Assembly: GCF_006345805.1 (NCBI RefSeq)
Contig: NC_043018.1
Span: forward strand, 20,522,001 to 20,586,000
Reading direction: 5' to 3'
Length of the DNA: 64,000 bases
DNA from: Octopus sinensis
Lineage: Eukaryota
How positions within the stretch are numbered: the first letter of the stretch is position 1; every line of letters starts with the position of its first letter. This document shows positions 37,104 through 49,604 of this stretch, in pieces. The notes beneath the pieces were generated by a model. It saw only the letters and a program-made list of their open reading frames with translations. It was not told where the DNA came from and ran no database searches. The position numbers and the translations under genes are program-made.

Positions 37104-37919
37104 CACACACACACACATATGTATAACTTGAGCTACACATACATAATCTGTTGTACATATGTGCATACCGCAAATATATACATATTTACTTACATATGCG
37201 AAATCTGTCTATCTGTACATATCATGCGCACATACATACACACCGCATATATGAATACATACATACTTGTGCGTAAGTATTCATTCTACATCTACATAGA
37301 TAAAAACACACACAAACTACTTCCACGATGAGGCATTAGGTAGCTAAGACACCTAGCTGTGGTGGAAATAAAACAATAATAAACTACACAACAAAGAGAG
37401 ATGTCTAATTATATTAGATTGCATTTTTATATAGAAACTGTTACACAAAGAAGAGATTAACAATTTAATTATTTAGATGAAAACAAAACAAATAAACAAA
37501 AAATGAGTATAAGCAAAAAGACGGAGATTTCTGCTCAGTTGGCGGACTCCAGCCTTGGATTGGTGAACTGTTTCCTTTTCCATATGAAGAGGAAAATAAG
37601 GGTGGAGAGGAGATTCCTGTCGCACAGAATATTTCGGAAAAGACGGATGAAGGTAACAAGAGTGTTGAGAGTAAATGAACTTGTTTGAGCGGGAGAGTTT
37701 GCCAAAGGATTCAGTGTTGGAATATGGTTTATGGGGTCGGTCACGTTCCTCACTTCATAATTGTTTTTTCATTCATTTTTGTTTTTCATCCGAATTTTAT
37801 ACTTATCGTCTATACGTTCCATTTGTCCCCCGACCCCTTGTCTGTCCTTGTATCGTCCACTCTATTTTTTTTTTACCTTTATGGTTAATAAAGAAAAGAG
37901 TTTGTGAGTGAAACGGTAT

Positions 37920-38520
37920 CATGAATGTTAGTGGCAATGCCCTTTCTAGTGTCACAGCTAGAGATATAACTGGTGTTACAATCAGTGTTACAACTGTTGT
38001 TACAACCGATGATGCAACTTGTGTTACAACCTGTATCACAACAGGTGTTACGTCCAACGATACAACTAGTGTTGCAATCTATGTTACAACTGGTGTTAGG
38101 TCCAGTGTAGCATGTGGTGTTCCCACCTGTGTTACAACATATGTTACAAGTAATGTTACAACTAGTGATACAACTGGTGTTACAATTAGGAGGCAACTGG
38201 TGTTACAACTGGTGTAACAACCAACGCTGATACAACTAGTGGTACAGTCATTATTACAACTGGTGTTACAAGGAATACAACTGATGTTACACCTGCTATT
38301 ACAAACATTGTTACGACCTGTGTTACAACCAGTGCTACAACTTGTGTTACAACCAGTGATACAACCGGTGTTACAACTAGTGATACAATTCTGGGTGCTA
38401 CAGTCATTGTTACGATCAGTGTTACAGCCAGTGATATAATTAGTGTTACAACAGGTGATGTAACTGATATTACCACTTGTGTTGCTACTGGGGTTACAAC
38501 CAGTGTGACAATTTGTGTGA
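37920..38520. repeat. degenerate 12-bp minisatellite (TGTTACAACTGG-like), about 50 units
   Basis: Recurring GTTACA/GTGATA core at 12-bp spacing. Confidence 0.85.
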
Positions 38521-38971
38521 CAGGTGGGTGGTTCGGCCATAAGTTGCTCGTTTATCAGCGACATAATCTGCTGCTTGATGACCGGACACGTAACGGGTCA
38601 AATAAAGTTGTTCACAATCTCTGCATACGATTTCAGGGTCAGGGTTCTTCGTTTTCTTTTTATCTCTTCAAACGAGATGAAATTAACAGATTAATTTACC
38701 GGAATTAATTAGAGAAGTTGACATTATTATATAAGATTTGTGCAGAATAATAAGAAAAAAACCCAAAATCCTACGTGCGTGTGAGCATACGTGTGTGTAT
38801 GTATATACATTCATACAATACACATAACATATATATATTAAACTGACACTCCGTCGGTTACGACGACGAGGGTTCCAGTAGATCCGATCAACGGAACAAC
38901 CTTCTAGTGAAATTAATGTGCAAGTGGCTGAGTACTCCACGGACGCGCGTACTCTTAACGTAGTGTGTGTA

Positions 38972-39016
<45 letters not shown>

Positions 39017-39097
39017 GTTCATATATATATACACACATACACACAGAGTATAATTGTGTGTATGTGTGTGTAAGAGAGAGACAGAAAGAAGGAGTAA

Positions 39098-39133
<36 letters not shown>

Positions 39134-39270
39134 GAGGATTTCTGCTCTGAGAGGTATCCATCAAAACATGACCATTTCTATTAATTTCAAAGACAGAACT
39201 GGAACTGAATGCCTTTTTGAAATTTTGAAATTAAAAGCTATACTAACCACTGAACTGGACAGCACAGCAT

Positions 39271-39545
39271 AATATCAAAGATCTCGTCTTCTCCATCTCG
39301 GATTAAAGACCCAGTTCTGAATTTCAGGGGACCCGCAATTGTTCAACATCCTGCCAAACAACCTCAAAGATTTGTGAGGTATAGATGTGGAGATCTTCAA
39401 AAAGCATCTGGACAAATTTCTGTTTGAAATCCCAGATGAACCCACATCGTGACAGGAGGCACAGAAAAGACACCCAAATATGCTGAAAAGCGGTGCTCCA
39501 GCATGGACCCAGCCTTTATCTGAAACCAGTAGCAGATAAAAGATA
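39271..39545 (+). mobile_element. CR1/L2-group LINE 3' end
   Basis: RGPQLFNILPNNLKDL...FKKHLDKFLFEIPDEP, then tail GCGGTGCTCCAGCATGG...TGAAAC. Confidence 0.75.
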
Positions 39546-41312
39546 AATATAACTAAGCTAGACAAAATTTATATGAAACGTAAAATTAATATAAACAAAC
39601 ACGGTGTGTTTATAGATATGTAGTGGATCTTGCATGCATGAAGTTAACACTGCAACAGAACTTTTCCGACGGTGGAACAATGGTTTTTCTCTGACAGCAG
39701 TTTTACATTTTCCAGAGGCCTTTAGCTCAGCCGAAATAATATCTACACCACTTGACCCCTTCTAACCTCTTCTACTTCACCAAAAGCTAGAATAGAGATA
39801 ACAAGACCACTAACTACATCTATTGTTTTCAATGATATATCTATCCTTCTGGATAGTTATAAAAGCAAGAACACCCCAAGCAAAAATCAGTCGGTGACAA
39901 TTCAGCGAGTTCAGTCACATGGTGACGACTCAATGAGAACGAAGTCTGGCTGACCAGCTAGAACCTTGGTCAGAGGGAGAAATGAAGTTTACTGTCAGCA
40001 ACTGTGAAACAACACCCTACAACTCTCACTAACTCTAATTCTGTTCTCTTACAACATCATTCTATCTCTCTCTGTAATTACTACTAAACAATGAAGAGGA
40101 TACAAACACAAACTTTACTTCGTATGCTTTTGGATTTATCATAACTTGCCCGTCGGGGCAAGGTGTTGTAACGTAACGGTAAATAAACATTTCCTTAAAA
40201 CTTCATGCATTGTTCATCTTTCACATCCTACAGTATGCCGTTATAATAACAAATTTTTATCGTTACAACTGCCGACTCCGACATTTCATAATATTGTACA
40301 CTAATCAATCTCAACCGCAAAAACTGGTGATCCTCGACTTCAATAAAAACTTTATCGTTACAGATATGTACATAAAGTCGTTTTAACCATATATCGGGTT
40401 GTTAAAGTGAAGAAGAAAAAATTGCACGTTTGAGTATGGGAGGAGAACCAGACTAGAGGTAAACTATCAGAAAGCCATGAGGTGAATTTTAAATAAGATT
40501 TTACTTTGAAATAAAATGTGTCCTAATAGAGAAAATATTTAATTACGGTGTCTGCAGATTTAATAGATTTTTTTACTGTTAATTAAATAGTGTGTTTACA
40601 TCATTCAGGCATTGAGAAAACAAAACCTTGGCATGCGGCACCGAACTACAACAATAAACGTTGGACAGTTCATGTTATGGTTCTTTTGTAATGCTAGTTT
40701 CAAATTTTGGCGCAAATCCAGCAGGTTCGGGTGAGTGGGGTTAAGCCGATTACATCGACTCCAGTGCTCAACTGGTTTTCATTTTAATCGACCCAAAAGG
40801 ATAAACGACAAAATTAACCTCGGCGGAATTTGAACTCAGAACATGGGGATGAAATGCTGTCAAGCATTCTGCCCGTTGTGTTAACGATTCTGTCAGCTTG
40901 ACAGTTTGCTATCTTTGTTTCTTTCTGTAACATTACAAACTTAAGCAAAGCCGGTGAGCTGGCAGAATCGTTAGCACGCTGGGTCCAAATTCTTAGCGAC
41001 ATTTCGTTTGTCTTTACGGTCTGAGTTCAAATTCCACCAAGGTCGACTTTGCTTTTCGTCCCTTCAGAGTCAGTAAAATAAGTATCAGCTGAACATTGGG
41101 GTTGAAGCGATCGATTTGCACCTCCCTTAAAATTGCTGGCCTTGTGCCAAAATTTGAAACTGATATCAAAAACTTACGTATTTCGTTTTTGTATTTGGTT
41201 TGCAAGAATCTTGATGTGATTTCGTGTTTTGAAACAAATTTTGTTGGGTCTTGAGTGAGTCATTATGCTAATAATAAACACACGCATTGGTTCTATTATA
41301 TTTCTGTTGTTG

Positions 41313-41345
<33 letters not shown>

Positions 41346-42738
41346 GTAGTAGTAGTAGTAGTAGTAGTAGTCGTTATTTCTTTAGCATTTAACCAATTAA
41401 CTTTATCGATAGTTTGATTAATCGTTCGGTTAATCAATCAATCAATCAATCAGCTAGATAGAGAACAGGAGTAGAGATGGTTTGTCATTGATGAGGTTAC
41501 CAATGGTAACGAAAACATTTTGACAAACTTAATTGATTACAATCGATTAGTTAATTGCTTAAATGGTTAACTAGTTTATTAATAATAATGAAAGAAGTGA
41601 AATAGAACCCATGCGTGTGTTTATTATTGGTGAAATTACCCTCCCGAGATACAAAGAAAAACTTAAGTATCATTTCTAAATTTTAACGATCTTTTGGAAT
41701 TAGGCAAAAAAATATTTATGGTGAAAAATATTTTCTGTTAATTTATTATTCCTCCTTTTTGTCTTCTTTATCTTTTTTGTCTTGCAAATATGGGAGCCTT
41801 CAGAATTGATATTTTGAATCAAAGATAAGAACGGTAGGACTCTTTAGTGCCTTGTTCAGGATTTAATCGTTTATGGTCCGATATTTTAACCTCACGGCCA
41901 CCGCCACAACCCTCCAGGTTGTTATTATTGTTTAACTAAACTTCTTAATTCACAAACACTTATCAAAGGTATTCTAGTTGTGACCAGCCAGTTTTTTTTT
42001 CTGTATATCTAGGATTACCTTGTTTAATATTTTCTTCCCTTTTTTAATGGCATGGCGTAATTAGAGGGAAGATTTGGCTGCTTTCGGGTCTTGAGAGAGG
42101 AATCCCTCTCAAACTTCAAGAAGTTATGGTGTTTTGGAGAGAGTCCCTAGAAAGATAATTATGGATCATGTCTTGACACTTTGCCCCCATTGACCATTGT
42201 ACATGCTGAATATCCTCCTTATAGGTCCTCGATATCACCATACCATAAGGAAGCACAAATTACTAAAGCTGTTATTCAGTTCCCCTTCTGGGGCTGTCTA
42301 ATGTATTGTCACATATGTGACCGTACCTATTACTTCAGTGGGTGTGTGTGACAGAGATTGCATGTGTGTGTGTGTGTGTGTGTGACTGTCAACCTCATCG
42401 TCCTGTCAGTTATCCTCTACATCTGCAAACCTCCCTGCAAAACTTCTTCATGTTACCCGATATCTTCAACCTCGGCCCTATTCCCTTTTCAAGTTAAAAA
42501 CAGAGGGTCTTGTTTTAATTTCCTTTTCATCAGAAGCTATCCATAACATTTTATCTTTGTACGGTCTTAACATTTTTCGCTAAAGACGTTGGGAAAGGCA
42601 TAGCACTCACCACTTCTGCTTCACCTTTTTAATAGATTAATAGAATCAATCATAGTCTAATGAATTAAGTTTGCATTGTATTAACCCTAATTATTCTCAA
42701 TTGCCTTTATTTCACATACAGACAGACAGAACGGATTT

Positions 42739-42776
<38 letters not shown>

Positions 42777-42781
<5 letters not shown>

Positions 42782-42990
42782 TGTGACCTCGTGTGTACCA
42801 TTGGCGATTTTTTTTCCTCTGTCTTCCCTTCTCTGGATCTTTCCTTCTCCTATGTTTCTGACGAAGAGCTCCGCTCGAAACGTTAAACCCTCCTCCTGTC
42901 CTTCTTTCCTGAGCGTCCAATAATACTATATTTGTTCCATGTCCTCGCGTTGTTGTGTTTTTTTTGTGCTTTCTTGTTTGGATTAACTTT
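42777..42990 (+). mobile_element. Penelope-like terminal-repeat fragment (family 2)
   Basis: Matches 515-725; flanked by (TA)n on both sides. Confidence 0.6.
42854..42888 (+). ncRNA. minimal hammerhead motif (family 2), canonical core
   Basis: GTTT-CTGACGA-A-GAGC tcc GCTC-GAA-AC GT-T-AAAC. Confidence 0.8.
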
Positions 42991-43099
42991 ATAAATATAT
43001 ATATATATATATTAAATGCACTGAAACAATTCTGATTCTGGTTTCCATGACTGACGAAGCATCTTCTTTCTCCTGCATGAGTCAAGAAAGTGTGATATT

Positions 43100-43232
43100 T
43101 GGTCAAAGAGTTTCTGTAGATCAAGGAAGGCTCAGTATAGCAACTTTCTGTTGTTGGAAAACATCTGTAGATGTCTCACAAGGAAGAATGCATCAGTATT
43201 ATTACATCATCCAGTCGCCAACCCAACCTGTG
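43100..43232 (-). mobile_element. RTE-like reverse transcriptase remnant
   Basis: TQVG...TDAFFLVRHLQ...AFLDLQKLFDQI with stops. Confidence 0.55.
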
Positions 43233-43961
43233 TCTCACTTAAATTCGTTCTCTTCCTGTTGTGATATAACATTTTGTATTAGTTTCACAGCTTGATCCGT
43301 CGCATTGAGCACAAATCGTAAGCGTTTTCCAACTCGGAAATGTCCGATTGAAACATTCGACGTATCCTGAAATTGTAAAATGCTGCATGGCTCATCGGGG
43401 ATATTTACCGATATGTTGAGTATATCTGGGGATTTCGGTGACGCAGGTTTAGTTATGTAGCATAGGGTAATGTCGTATCAAAAAAACAAAAACCAAAAAA
43501 AAGGCTAGTGTAGTTATTATCATCGAACACCGTCGTCATCGGCAACTGCTACAATGGCAATGGATTTGCTCTAGAAAGAGTATTAGGCTGATTGTAGCTA
43601 ATACAAAATGCTTGTGTGTGTTTGTGTATCTGTGTTTGTCCCCCCCCCCCGCAACATTGCTTGACAACCGACGCTGGTGTGTTCACATCACCATAACTTA
43701 GCAGTTCGGCAAAAGAGACCGATAGAATAAGTACTGGGCTTACAAAGCGTAAGTCTTGGGTGTCGATTTCCTCGATTAAAGGCGGTGCTCCAGTATGGCC
43801 GCGGTCAAATGACTGAAGTAAAAGAACAAAAGAATACAATAAAGCCAGGTGGTATGAGAGACGAATATGCATACTTGTTTAACCACGTGACATCTATAGG
43901 ATTGTGGCCGTTTTGCACCCTTGTCCGTAAGAAGAGCTTTCTGACCATATATATATATGTA

Positions 43962-43993
<32 letters not shown>

Positions 43994-44005
43994 TATATAT
44001 ATATA

Positions 44006-44074
<69 letters not shown>

Positions 44075-44166
44075 GTGTATATATATATATATATATATGT
44101 TATAATATATATATAATATGTATAATATATATATATATGTAATATATATATATATATATGTTATAT

Positions 44167-44252
<86 letters not shown>

Positions 44253-44266
44253 ATATATATATATAT

Positions 44267-44297
<31 letters not shown>

Positions 44298-44590
44298 GGA
44301 GGCGCAATGGCCCAGTGGTTAGGGCAGCGGACTCGCGGTTTCGATTCCCAGACCAGGCGTTGTGAGTGTTTATTGAGCGAAAACACCTAAAGCTCCACGA
44401 GGCTCCGGCAGGGGATGGTGGCGATCCCTGCTGTACTCTTTCACCACAACTTTCTCTCACTCTTTCTTCTGTTGGCCTGCTCGCTTAGCCAGCGGGGTGG
44501 CGTCATTTGGAGGCTAAAACAATGCGAAGCGCATTGTGACCAGCGATGTGTAGCAACATCTGATAGCCTGGTCAGTCACGGTGATCACGG
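44298..44590 (+). mobile_element. SINE family A, tail type 2
   Basis: Same head and core, tail TTGGCCTGCTCGC...GTGATCACG; 5'-truncated copies at 25649-25850 and ~21810-21875. Confidence 0.85.
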
Positions 44591-45236
44591 TGATATATAT
44601 ATATATGTATTTATATGTATATGAATATATATATATATGTAATGTATATATATATATTTATATACCGTGCAATTTTCCTTGCTTGCATGTGTCCGACAGA
44701 GTTTGTCCAGGCATATTTGGTATGTCCAATTGCTCTTCCTATCGCCAACCCTCACCGCTATCACGTTGTTGCTCTTTTAAAACTATCAAGCAATGTCAAA
44801 ACAAAGGAAACAAAAAGACAAACGTGACATACATAGATTTACAGAAAACACACACACAGATTTGCTCTTGACAGGAATTTGAATTCAAAATACCATTGTC
44901 AGCACAAATTTTGCAAAGCATTCAAGCATGCTATCGCTTGAATGACTCGGCTAATATGCCAGAACAAACAAGTGCTACAAGGTATAGTTTTGACATATGC
45001 GAAAAGTATACACAAAAGAGATACAGTCTATTAACAGACTTCAAGTTTTATGATAAAACACGCCTGTTCCAAAATACATTGTCATCCATTCATCAGTTCC
45101 GCCATTTTTATTGAACAAGTACAAAAACCATTAGTAACAGACGATAGAAGTGGGAAGCAATGAATACGTGTAGTTCGTTGTCACCTTTCACACATATCTA
45201 CACATATATACATAAATACTCGCTTGCGTACACACA

Positions 45237-45606
45237 TCTTAATATATAAAAGTGAAGTTGTGTGTCTGTCTTCTACGATTTAGATTCCTAACTACTCCCA
45301 CATTTTGCGGTGCAGTTTAACCAAAACCGGGTATCTTATAGTCGTGATTCATATCGAGCCCTTCTGGGTATTAGCGCGCGTCTACGATGAGTCTACGATT
45401 TAAAAAAAAATTTACCATCATTTTTTTCCATTTTAATGCATTTTTTCGCTATTATATAAGGGAAGTAACTCTCTAAAAATGTCTACGATGTGTCAACGAT
45501 TTTTAAAAAAAATTTACCATCATCTTTTTTTTTGCTATAACTCTCTAAAAATGCTTATATAGTTATTTCTCTTACAAACCCAAGCAACGCCGGGAGATAC
45601 TGCTAG
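45237..45606 (+). mobile_element. non-autonomous Helitron
   Basis: A|TC...CCCAAGCAACGCCGGGAGATACTGCTAG|T. Confidence 0.85.
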
Positions 45607-45739
45607 TTTATAGATATTTGTATACATAAATGCATATGCGCATATACATTTATATACATATAAATTTTGTATCAGCAGCATGGAACAATTATATTACGAG
45701 TCATGCGTGGAAATTATGCCATTCTACGTCAACATGTCT

Positions 45740-46035
45740 CTTTTACTCTTTCACTTGTTTCAGTCATTTGACCGCGGCCATGCTGGAGCACCGCCTTTAG
45801 TCGAGCAAATCGATCCCAGGACTTATTGTTTGTAAGCCTAGTACTTATTCTATCGGTCTCTTTTGGCGAACCACTAAGTTACGGGGGCGTAAACACACCA
45901 ATTCTGGTGTGTTCACATCACTGTAACCTAGCGGTTCGGCAAAAGAGATCGATAGAATATATACTAGGCCTACAACGAATAAGTCCTTGGGTCGATTTGT
46001 TCAACTAAAGGCAGTGCTCCAGCATGGCTACAGTC
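45740..46035. mobile_element. two SINE B 3' halves joined head-to-head
   Basis: Minus copy ~45740-45900 and plus copy ~45905-46035 meet at ACACCAATTCTGGTGT. Confidence 0.8.
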
Positions 46036-46711
46036 GGACAGGCAGTAAGTCGACAAGGACCTGTACTTTTAATAAATTGTGACTGAGATGAAGTGTTTGA
46101 TTACCTGACTTTCTTTCCGAGACAAAATTGCGACTTTTTCTATGAATTTTTACCTGTGGCTTTAATACCTGCCACCATAAATTAATTTTTGACTTTCTTT
46201 CTGTGACTTTTTCTTTTCTTGTGACTTTATTACCAGCCATAACACACACACACACACACACACACAAAACCATGCATACTTACATTCACTAACGTACCTG
46301 CATAAATGATTCATAAACATTCAACTAATGCACCATCAATAAAGAGATTTGTGCTCGATCACTAAAGAGATTTATGTATAATACTCACCTATGTCAATCG
46401 CTCACTGAAGCCTCCCTCTCTCTCTCTCTCTCTAACTGTGTGGGCTTATCTGAAGATGGTTTCAACATACATTCCCCTATACAGCAACTGTTTCCGTCTA
46501 CCACATCCACTTAGAAGATTTTGGTCAGCCCGAGGGTATAGAAGACATTTACCCAAGGTGCCACACAGCGGAACTGAACCCGGAATCATGTGGTTGGGAA
46601 GCAAGTTTCTTGTCACACAACCACTCCTATGCATGCATGTATGTATGTATATACGTATGTATGTATGTATGTATGCATGTATGCATGTATGTATGTATAT
46701 ATGCATGTATG

Positions 46712-46745
<34 letters not shown>

Positions 46746-46983
46746 CATACGTATATATGTATGTATAGGTGTTGCTGAATCCCATAAATATCATGAGGTT
46801 AGTGTTTTAATGGATTTCCGAGTTAAATTTTGACTCTCATTTCTAGCAATCACCAATGCTATTTTGTACCCTCATTTATTTATTCTGTTTTTTGGTTCTT
46901 AAATGCTAATGAGCCACCTATATTATAATGTCATTAATATATCTTAATATATTAACATATCATTATAATATCTTATTGTATTG

Positions 46984-47014
<31 letters not shown>

Positions 47015-47362
47015 GAGGTGGAGAGATCCATGAAATTGGCCGGCAAGGAAATTCCCATGTGTGTATTAAATTCTAGAAGCTACCATTAAGGGAGATAACC
47101 ACACCAGAATAATATAATTGAAAGTCTGGAAAATACACGCTTTGGGGATTTTTTTAATAGAATGTTAATAATTCGGGTGAATCATTGGTTCCTTGAGGTT
47201 ATCTCCCTTCCTCATTTACAGTCGTTTGCAATTGGTGGCGGATGCTCATTTATCTTCTCTCCAAGCAAATATGAATGTATATACATATATATATATATAT
47301 ATATCATCATCATCGTTTAACGTCCGTTTTCCGCACTAGCACAGGTTGGATGGTAGCACGGG

Positions 47363-47411
<49 letters not shown>

Positions 47412-47479
47412 TGTATATATCTGCATGTATCCCACTTGGACACATGCAGATAAAAAAACCTGTCTGAAATTCTTTAATA

Positions 47480-47975
47480 TTGCAGTCCTACAAAAGAAGG
47501 CATCAACCATCGGTTACATCAATATTGAGGAGACAAATGTAACAGTGGCCCTGGATGAAATGAGCTCAAGCTCTGCAACTGGCCCCAATGGCTTCCCAGC
47601 TATTGTCCTCAAGTCATGTAAGCAGGTTTTAGTGAAACCACCTCAGGTACTTTTTCACAGTTTCCTTGCAAGTGGTAAACTTCCTTAAGAGCTAAATGAA
47701 AGCATTATATGCCCTCTCCACAGAGATGGAAGCAGAGCAGAGGCCAAGAACTACAGACCGATTTCTCCGACTTCACAGATCAGCAAAGTTATGGAACGAA
47801 CCATCAGAAAGAAGCTGATGATATTCTTAGAAGCTGATAATACTCCTACTGAACAATACATGGCCTGGCCTTCATCCAGGAAGAAGCTGCTTCACATAGC
47901 TCCTACAGCACTATGACTGGGTTTCGAAACATTTGCTTGGACCATTCAGATGTCAGTACGATATATCTTGATCCT
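47480..47975 (+). mobile_element. CR1-group LINE reverse transcriptase fragment (pseudogenised)
   Basis: SATGPNGFPA..LK, NYRPIS.TSQISKVMER, GRSC, TIYLD; stops and frameshifts. Confidence 0.85.
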
Positions 47976-48969
47976 CTAAAAGTTCCACCAATCCAGTGTC
48001 CTTGATCTGCATTTTCATTATCGATCCCAAACGAGATGTAAATTTGTTGTTGGCAGACACAGTTTGCAGAGAGTCAGAATGAATATCACAAAGCAGTCTG
48101 TCCGACTCTCGTACAACTCTGAGAATTTGTAGCATAGTACATAGGTGTCGTAAGTTAATGAACCAATATTCAGATGCTGAAGTTGGTCTTATGTTGTCCA
48201 CTACAAGAATTCCATGTCTTTTAGAGTGAGAAATTTTAAATGAAAAGAAAACAAATGTGAAGGTTACGAACGTATATACTTGTTTCTTTAGATCAGAGGA
48301 TTGACCAACAGTTAATTAGTGTATCCTGATTAATATAGCCATAGCCATAAGTGACACAAGAATCATTCTCTGCTTCAAATAACAATATAGAAGCAATAAA
48401 TTAACAACAAAAAAGAAAAAAACAAAACAGAAATACCACATTAACTAAGCAACTAGAAGCAATGTGCAACAGGCCAAAAAAAAAAATACCAATATAATTT
48501 AGACAAAATAAAACATAATAAAAATTGTAAAATTCTTTTAAATTTCAAAACTGGAGTCTAATTCACTGAACAGCCTACTGCAGTCAGAGATTTCTGGAAT
48601 AGTTTACATATTCAACTCTCATTTTTTTAAATTCATTTTTTTCCTGTTTTTATCTTCTTTTTCTTTATTCTACTCTATCAAATTTTTTTGGGAAAAATAT
48701 TTCGATGTTAAATGTTCCGTTTACATTTTTTTTTTTTTTTTACCATTTTATTTTTACGTTTTTTTTAAATTTATTTTCCATTCTTTCTTTCAACCAATCA
48801 CTTCACCACTCTTGGACATCATCCTCTTCCTCATTATCATCAGTTGGCTTAAAATTGTTTGTTAATAATATTCGTTTTTTTTTAGTATGTTTTTTTTTTT
48901 TTTTTTTTTTTTTTCCACGGCTTGCAATAGCAAGATAAAATTGTTTGAAATCAGTAAATTTTAAGCTTG

Positions 48970-49034
48970 TCAGAGGAAAAAGCCTTTGAGAAGAAAAACC
49001 ACCATACTCAAAACAATGGAACCGGTGAGGATAC
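48970..49034 (-). CDS. SOD-repeat gene terminal exon, hydrophobic GPI-signal-like tail ([20 protein letters not shown])
   Basis: ttcttcttcggcag acceptor, phase 1 fits, TGA at 48972-48970. Confidence 0.83.
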
Positions 49035-49185
49035 CTGCCGAAGAAGAAATAATTCACTTTTAATTTCAGGGTTAGATAAAGAGCTTGATGCACACACACA
49101 CATATACACACACACACACATACACACACACATGTACATACACACACACATGTATATACACATACACACACACACATACACACAC

Positions 49186-49220
<35 letters not shown>

Positions 49221-49293
49221 TATATACACACACACATACACACACACATACACACATACACCTACATACACACACATACACACACACATACAC

Positions 49294-49343
<50 letters not shown>

Positions 49344-49570
49344 ACACATACACACACACATGTACATACACACACATACACACACATGTACATACACATA
49401 CACACACACATGTACATACACATACACACACACATACACACACATACACACACATGTACATACACATACACACACACACATACACACACACATACACACA
49501 CACATGTACATACACATACACACACATGTACATACACATACACACACACATACACATACACACACGCACA

Positions 49571-49604
<34 letters not shown>

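Noticed and set aside
47975-48201. Minus-strand 82-aa ORF as a host gene exon
   Set aside because: No convincing splice sites; it adjoins a LINE fragment and is probably a degraded transposon remnant that I cannot assign.
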